NCBI GenBank assembly: GCA_038230375.1 | Contig: JBBRNJ010000078.1 | Location: 1-40,659 of the forward strand | Source of the DNA: Polyangiales bacterium | GTDB taxonomy: Bacteria > Myxococcota_A > Polyangia > Polyangiales > Polyangiaceae | DNA length: 40,659 nucleotides | Direction: 5' to 3' | Shown here: positions 36,317 through 40,659 of the stretch, in pieces | Layout of the letters: every line of letters starts with the position of its first letter | Numbering within the stretch: position 1 is the first letter of the stretch | Program-made: the position numbers and the translations under genes | Notes under the pieces: generated by a model | Told to the model about the DNA's origin: nothing | The model's input: only the letters and a program-made list of their open reading frames with translations | Database searches by the model: none

Positions 36317-37188
36317 TGCCCAAGGTCACCATCGGACTTCCGTTTCACAACGAGGAGCGCCGCCTTCCTGCGGCGATCCGCTCCGTCTTTGCCCAGAGCG
36401 TCACGGATTGGGAGCTCGTGCTCGTGGACGATGGCTCCAGCGACGCGTCCCTTCGAATCGCGCGGAGCGTGGACGATCCGCGCGTTCGCGTGCTGTCGGA
36501 CGGGAAGCAGTCAGGGCTGGCCGCACGGCTGAATCATGTGGTCGCCGTCGCGAGGTCCGAGCTCATCGCGCGCATGGACGCCGACGACGTGATGCACCCC
36601 AGGAGGATCGAACGCCAGCTCGCCCGCCTGGCGGAGGATCCATCGCTCGACTGCATCGGAACGCAGGTGGCGTACGTCCTGCCGTCGCATCCACCCATTG
36701 TCGCCGACATCGTGCCTCCAACCAGCGGCGCAGAGGTGCTCACCAGGGGAGGCGTCCCTCACGCGACAATGCTCGCCAAGCGCCGCTTCTTCCAGCGTTT
36801 TCCCTACGATCACACCTTCACACGCGCCGAGGACCGCGAGCTCTTCTGTCGATCATGGGGCGTTGCCCGGCTCTCGATCGTGAAGGAGCCGCTGTACGTC
36901 GTCGAGGCGGAGGTGGACGACCCTGCCTTCTTGCATGGGTACCTCGAGAGCGCGCGACAGAACCGGGCGATCTTCCTCCAGCACGGTCCGCAGCTCGTCG
37001 GTCTGCCGCAGACTGCGCGCGCGATGCTCGGCTCCTATCTCCGAGACGGGATCTATCGGGCGGCAGGGACTCTCGGCGTCCTCGAAGCCCTGGTCGGGCG
37101 CCGCGGTCGGCTGGCTACGGCGGCGGAGCGCGGCATGATCGACGAAGCGCTCCACGTCGCCCGGACGACCAAGGTGCCAGGGCTGTGA
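36313..37188 (+). CDS. Glycosyltransferase family 2
   Basis: VTIGLPFHN, LVDDGSSD, ARMDADD and RAEDREL. ATGA overlap with the upstream stop. Confidence 0.9.
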   Translation: MMPKVTIGLPFHNEERRLPAAIRSVFAQSVTDWELVLVDDGSSDASLRIARSVDDPRVRVLSDGKQSGLAARLNHVVAVARSELIARMDADDVMHPRRIERQLARLAEDPSLDCIGTQVAYVLPSHPPIVADIVPPTSGAEVLTRGGVPHATMLAKRRFFQRFPYDHTFTRAEDRELFCRSWGVARLSIVKEPLYVVEAEVDDPAFLHGYLESARQNRAIFLQHGPQLVGLPQTARAMLGSYLRDGIYRAAGTLGVLEALVGRRGRLATAAERGMIDEALHVARTTKVPGL

Positions 37189-37225
37189 GCATGGAGGACG
37201 TCGCTGGTTCGTGTCGTTTTGTCGC

Positions 37226-38371
37226 TCACCGACCGTAGCGACTCACGAGGGATGCGACCTCGGCGATGGCGCGCCCGCTCGAGGTCCCGCTCTCGTCGGC
37301 CGCGCCGATCATGTCTCGCAGCGTCTGGTTGGACGTCTTGCCATCCATGGCTGCAAGTACGCGGAGGGCGCGCTCGCCTTGCTCACTCCGTGATGGCATC
37401 GCCGATGGCGCGTCCCGCAAGAGGGCGTCCATCGGGCGCAGCTCCGCCAGCATGGTGGTCTGCTTTGCACGGCGCATCGTCGTCCCGTCGGCGCGCGTGA
37501 CACCGACGCTCCAGCCCCACTGCACGCCATCGATCATCGCGCGCAGCTCCACGCTCACCCGATCGCCGATGGTGAGCGGAAAGGGCTCGGAGAACGGCAG
37601 GAACGCTCGACTGTAGGTCGGCTCGCGGCCGGGGCTCGTGTCGTATTCGATGCCCGGCAAGAGCTCGGTCGCAAACCAGACGCCGATCCCGTGCGCAAGG
37701 CCGGGCCTCGTGACCGTGAGGTCGCTCTGTCCGGAGACGGACTTCGGCGGTGGCGCGCCATACTCGAGAGTGGCCCACGCCATCGACTCGGTGAGGACGC
37801 CGTCCGCCGCAATGGGCGTGTCGCGATCGTTCATGCGCATGTTCGTGAGGCAACGCTTCACGGATTCGTCGGGAAGGCCCAGCGCGCGCACGGCAGCGGC
37901 AGCGGTGTCGAGCTTGGCGTAGCAGCCCGGAGCGTGCACGACGGCCGCGTGCAGGACATCGCGACGGGGGAAATGCACGCCGTCCGGCGAGAGCCACGAC
38001 CGCTTCGCGTGCGCGACAAGCGCGAAGTTGTCCTGGAAGAGCGGCAGCGTTCCACGCAGATCGTAGAAGAGAACGGAGGCCGTGTCGGGCAGGTGCACGT
38101 CCCATGCAGACGCGTTCAGAAACGTCACACGGTCGCCAACGCCCGCCGCCTTCGCGAGCTCGCGACCGAGCTCGATGCACGGATTGTCGTCGACCGCGTA
38201 GACGTGCCGGGCGCCCATCTTCGCGGCTGCGAGCGCGAACAGGCCAATACCGGCGCCCAGATCGACGACCACGGACTCCTTGGTGACCACCGTGCGGAGC
38301 GCGCGAAGGTAGCTCTCCTTGCGGATCTCGTCTCGCGCAACCATCGTGCAGTAGTCCAGGATTCCGTACAC
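37226..38371 (-). CDS. Protein-arginine-methyltransferase-like SAM-dependent methyltransferase
   Basis: Y..M..D..R...Y..AL, VVDLGAGIG, HVYAVD, beta-barrel motif AHGIGVWF, and a helical C-terminal tail. GTG start inferred. Confidence 0.8.
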   Translation of the reverse strand: MYGILDYCTMVARDEIRKESYLRALRTVVTKESVVVDLGAGIGLFALAAAKMGARHVYAVDDNPCIELGRELAKAAGVGDRVTFLNASAWDVHLPDTASVLFYDLRGTLPLFQDNFALVAHAKRSWLSPDGVHFPRRDVLHAAVVHAPGCYAKLDTAAAAVRALGLPDESVKRCLTNMRMNDRDTPIAADGVLTESMAWATLEYGAPPPKSVSGQSDLTVTRPGLAHGIGVWFATELLPGIEYDTSPGREPTYSRAFLPFSEPFPLTIGDRVSVELRAMIDGVQWGWSVGVTRADGTTMRRAKQTTMLAELRPMDALLRDAPSAMPSRSEQGERALRVLAAMDGKTSNQTLRDMIGAADESGTSSGRAIAEVASLVSRYGR

Positions 38372-38384
38372 GCGCACGAGCCTA

Positions 38385-39716
38385 TCAGGGTGCGGCAGGC
38401 TCGCGAACCTGCAGGGAGCAGGGCTCGCCCGCGGCGGGAATCTGGGCGGGTTCGACGGTGACCCGTTCCGGCGCACCATACGCCGCGATCAGCGCGAGGT
38501 GCTCGTACGCACAGGGCTTGACCGACACGTGTTGCTCATCGCTCGCCCGCAGCGAGAGTCCTCGCGCGATCTCGGGGGCGCGATCTTCGCTGGGGGAGCT
38601 CCCGGGGCGCTCTGCGGACAGCCACGGCATCCCCAGCGACGTGAAGGCCAGCGCGAGCCACGCCGCCCACGACGCGCGAACGGAGAACCGCTCGGCCGTC
38701 CAGGCGCGCACCGACGCGAACGTAGCCGCGACCAGCACCGGATACACGATGCACAGCGCACGCGCCGGATGGTGCGTCGGCGCGCCGTCGTTCACGGCGC
38801 CGTACATCAGGAAGAGCAGCACCATGAGGCACGCCGAGAGCGGCCTTGCGAACGCGTCGCGCACGTCCTTCCTGAGCGTGACGCCAAGAACCGCGAGCAC
38901 GGCCAGCACCGCGATCTCCTTCTGATCCCGCAGCACCGCGCCCGGGTAGAACCACACCTGGGTCAGCGTCGAGCCACCCGCCTGTCCTGACCGTTGCCGA
39001 AAGCGCGCGACACGCGCGAGGAAATGAAGTGCATCACCGTGCGCATGCGCGTTCCACGCGAGCCACCCCAGCGGCCCGAGCACGAGCGTCGCGACGATCG
39101 CGGCTCCGAGGCGGCTCTGATGCGCGTCCCTTGCGCGCCGAGCAACGACCGAGATTGCCCAGAGCGCCACGGCCCACGCCTCGTACCGGCAGAGACATGC
39201 GGCGAGGATGCACGCGGCAAAGGCGAGATCGCGGCGTCCGAGCGCTCCACGCGCGGAGAGGCCCAGAATCGCGGCGCTCGCGAGGCCCGCTGTGAGCGCC
39301 TCCGGAACCGTGGCGACGGACAGCCACGCCATCCACGGCAGCGCGAATGCAGCGAACGCGATCACCGCAGCTCCGGGGACGCGACGCGCGCGCAATGCCC
39401 ACCAGAAGAGCATGGTGGCAGACACGCCCAGCACGAACGCAGTCGCGCGCGCCGTGGCGAGCGAGCGTCCGAACGCGAGCATGCTCGTGCCGTACACCCA
39501 GAACGGGAAGGGGAGCCAGCTGGTTCCGCTCGGATCCAGGCGCGGCGCGTGCGCGAACTGCTCCGCGATCACCGTCCGCGAGTAGTCGTCATCCGAGATC
39601 TGCGCGAACCCGGCCCGCAGAACGAGGTACGACAATGCGCACTTCGCGAGCACGAGCGCGACGGGCTCGAGCCACGCGGCTCTGGATGCGCTCGCGTCGG
39701 CCTTCTCCGCAGACAC
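38385..39716 (-). CDS. GT-C-type (PMT/ArnT-like) membrane glycosyltransferase
   Basis: First-loop SDDDYSR, WLPFPF, RYEAW and about 10 TM segments. Confidence 0.6.
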   Translation of the reverse strand: MSAEKADASASRAAWLEPVALVLAKCALSYLVLRAGFAQISDDDYSRTVIAEQFAHAPRLDPSGTSWLPFPFWVYGTSMLAFGRSLATARATAFVLGVSATMLFWWALRARRVPGAAVIAFAAFALPWMAWLSVATVPEALTAGLASAAILGLSARGALGRRDLAFAACILAACLCRYEAWAVALWAISVVARRARDAHQSRLGAAIVATLVLGPLGWLAWNAHAHGDALHFLARVARFRQRSGQAGGSTLTQVWFYPGAVLRDQKEIAVLAVLAVLGVTLRKDVRDAFARPLSACLMVLLFLMYGAVNDGAPTHHPARALCIVYPVLVAATFASVRAWTAERFSVRASWAAWLALAFTSLGMPWLSAERPGSSPSEDRAPEIARGLSLRASDEQHVSVKPCAYEHLALIAAYGAPERVTVEPAQIPAAGEPCSLQVREPAAP

Positions 39717-39738
39717 GAGCCTTTGCTCTCCCGCTTCT

Positions 39739-40143
39739 CTACTTGGGAGCGTCGGCGGGCTTGTCGGCCGGCTTGTCTTGCGGCGAGCTCATGCCCTTGT
39801 CGGCCGGCTTGTCGGCGGGCTTGTCCTTGGCGTCGGGAGCGCGGGGCGTTCCCTGCGTGCTCATCTTCTGCGCCTTCTGCTGCTCCGCCGCCTTCTCCAG
39901 GCCACGGTCACGCGAGGACGAGAGGTACGCGAGGGTCACGCTGGTGAGCATGAACGTGGCCGCGCACACAGCGGTGGCGCGCGTGAGGATGTTGCCCGCG
40001 CCACGTCCGCCGAACACCTGAGCCGCGCCGCCGCCACCGAATGCGGCGCCCATTCCGCCGCCTTTGCCCTGCTGGAGAAGGACAACGAACATGAGGATGA
40101 GGCATGCGCCGATGTGGATGATGTCGATGAAGGTCTGCAGCAT
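39739..40143 (-). CDS. secG: Preprotein translocase subunit SecG
   Basis: VLLQQGKGGGMGAAFGGG...FGGRGAGNILTRAT, located downstream of tpiA. Confidence 0.96.
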   Translation of the reverse strand: MLQTFIDIIHIGACLILMFVVLLQQGKGGGMGAAFGGGGAAQVFGGRGAGNILTRATAVCAATFMLTSVTLAYLSSSRDRGLEKAAEQQKAQKMSTQGTPRAPDAKDKPADKPADKGMSSPQDKPADKPADAPK

Positions 40144-40173
40144 GTGGGCTCTAGGATTGGGAGTGTTGGCGAA

Positions 40174-40659
40174 TCAAGCCGGCTCCGCACAACGGGCGAT
40201 AGCACCGAAAGATGCGATCTCCAAGCTCGCTCCGCCGATGAGCGCCCCGTCGATGTTCGGGCAGGCAAACAAGCTCTTCGCATTGTCGGGCTTCACCGAG
40301 CCGCCGTAGAGGATGCGGCAGCGCTCGGCCAGGGCCTTGCTCTCCGCGGCGAGCCACGCGCGGATGCTGGCGTGCACCTCTTCGGCGTCCGTGGGGGTTG
40401 CAACCTTGCCGGTGCCAATGGCCCAGACGGGCTCGTAGGCCACCGTGACGGGGATGGTCGCGTCCGCGAGCGTGGTGAGCACCGCGCGCACCTGTCGCTC
40501 CACGACCTCGATGGTCCTGCCGCCCTCGCGCTCCGCGAGCGTCTCGCCCACGCACACGATCGGCTTCAGCCCCGCGGCCACGGCGGCCCGCGTCTTCTCG
40601 GCGACGGAGGGGTCCGTCTCTCCGAAGAGGTGACGCCGCTCGCTGTGACCGATGATGAC
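40174..40659 (-). CDS. tpiA: Triosephosphate isomerase (5' end outside the window)
   Basis: IGHSERR at the window edge, CVGETL, AYEPVWAIGTG, ILYGGSVKP and DGALIGGASL. Confidence 0.97.
   Translation of the reverse strand, partial: VIIGHSERRHLFGETDPSVAEKTRAAVAAGLKPIVCVGETLAEREGGRTIEVVERQVRAVLTTLADATIPVTVAYEPVWAIGTGKVATPTDAEEVHASIRAWLAAESKALAERCRILYGGSVKPDNAKSLFACPNIDGALIGGASLEIASFGAIARCAEPA

Noticed and set aside
39717..39738. tRNA downstream of secG, as in many bacteria
   Set aside because: Only 22 bp separate secG from the next CDS and no cloverleaf is visible.
39751..39830. Direct repeat in the 3' end of secG
   Set aside because: It encodes the low-complexity DKPADKPAD tail and is not a separate element.

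Overview
GC-rich bacterial DNA, most likely from Myxococcota (Polyangiales-like). That assignment is inferred from the many lipoproteins with DGG/DAG-rich linkers, the Cys-rich surface proteins and a DUF2330 protein with a MYXO-CTERM-like tail. The left half (1-20.3 kb) holds secreted and lipoprotein hydrolases, membrane proteins, a receiver-Ser/Thr kinase fusion, an FMN glutamate-synthase-family enzyme and a structured intergenic element. The right half (about 20.4-38.4 kb, next to secG-tpiA) holds the main finding: two divergently oriented lasso-peptide-type RiPP modules. Module A (minus strand) has a 54-aa precursor missing from the ORF track (24061-24225), an Asn-synthetase-like cyclase and an HPr-kinase-like enzyme. 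Module B (plus strand) has a 56-aa precursor, cyclase, HPr-kinase-like enzyme, PqqD/RRE, Cys-rich lipoprotein, ABC exporter, nucleotidyltransferase and GT2. The precursors share a near-identical leader and an F-x-x-A-M C-terminus. Each faces a divergent radical enzyme: a B12 radical SAM for A and a PhyH-like Fe/2OG enzyme with a halogenase-type HxG motif for B. A PRMT-like methyltransferase closes the locus. No lasso leader peptidase (B2) is recognisable in the window. All family calls come from motif recognition by eye, not database searches.
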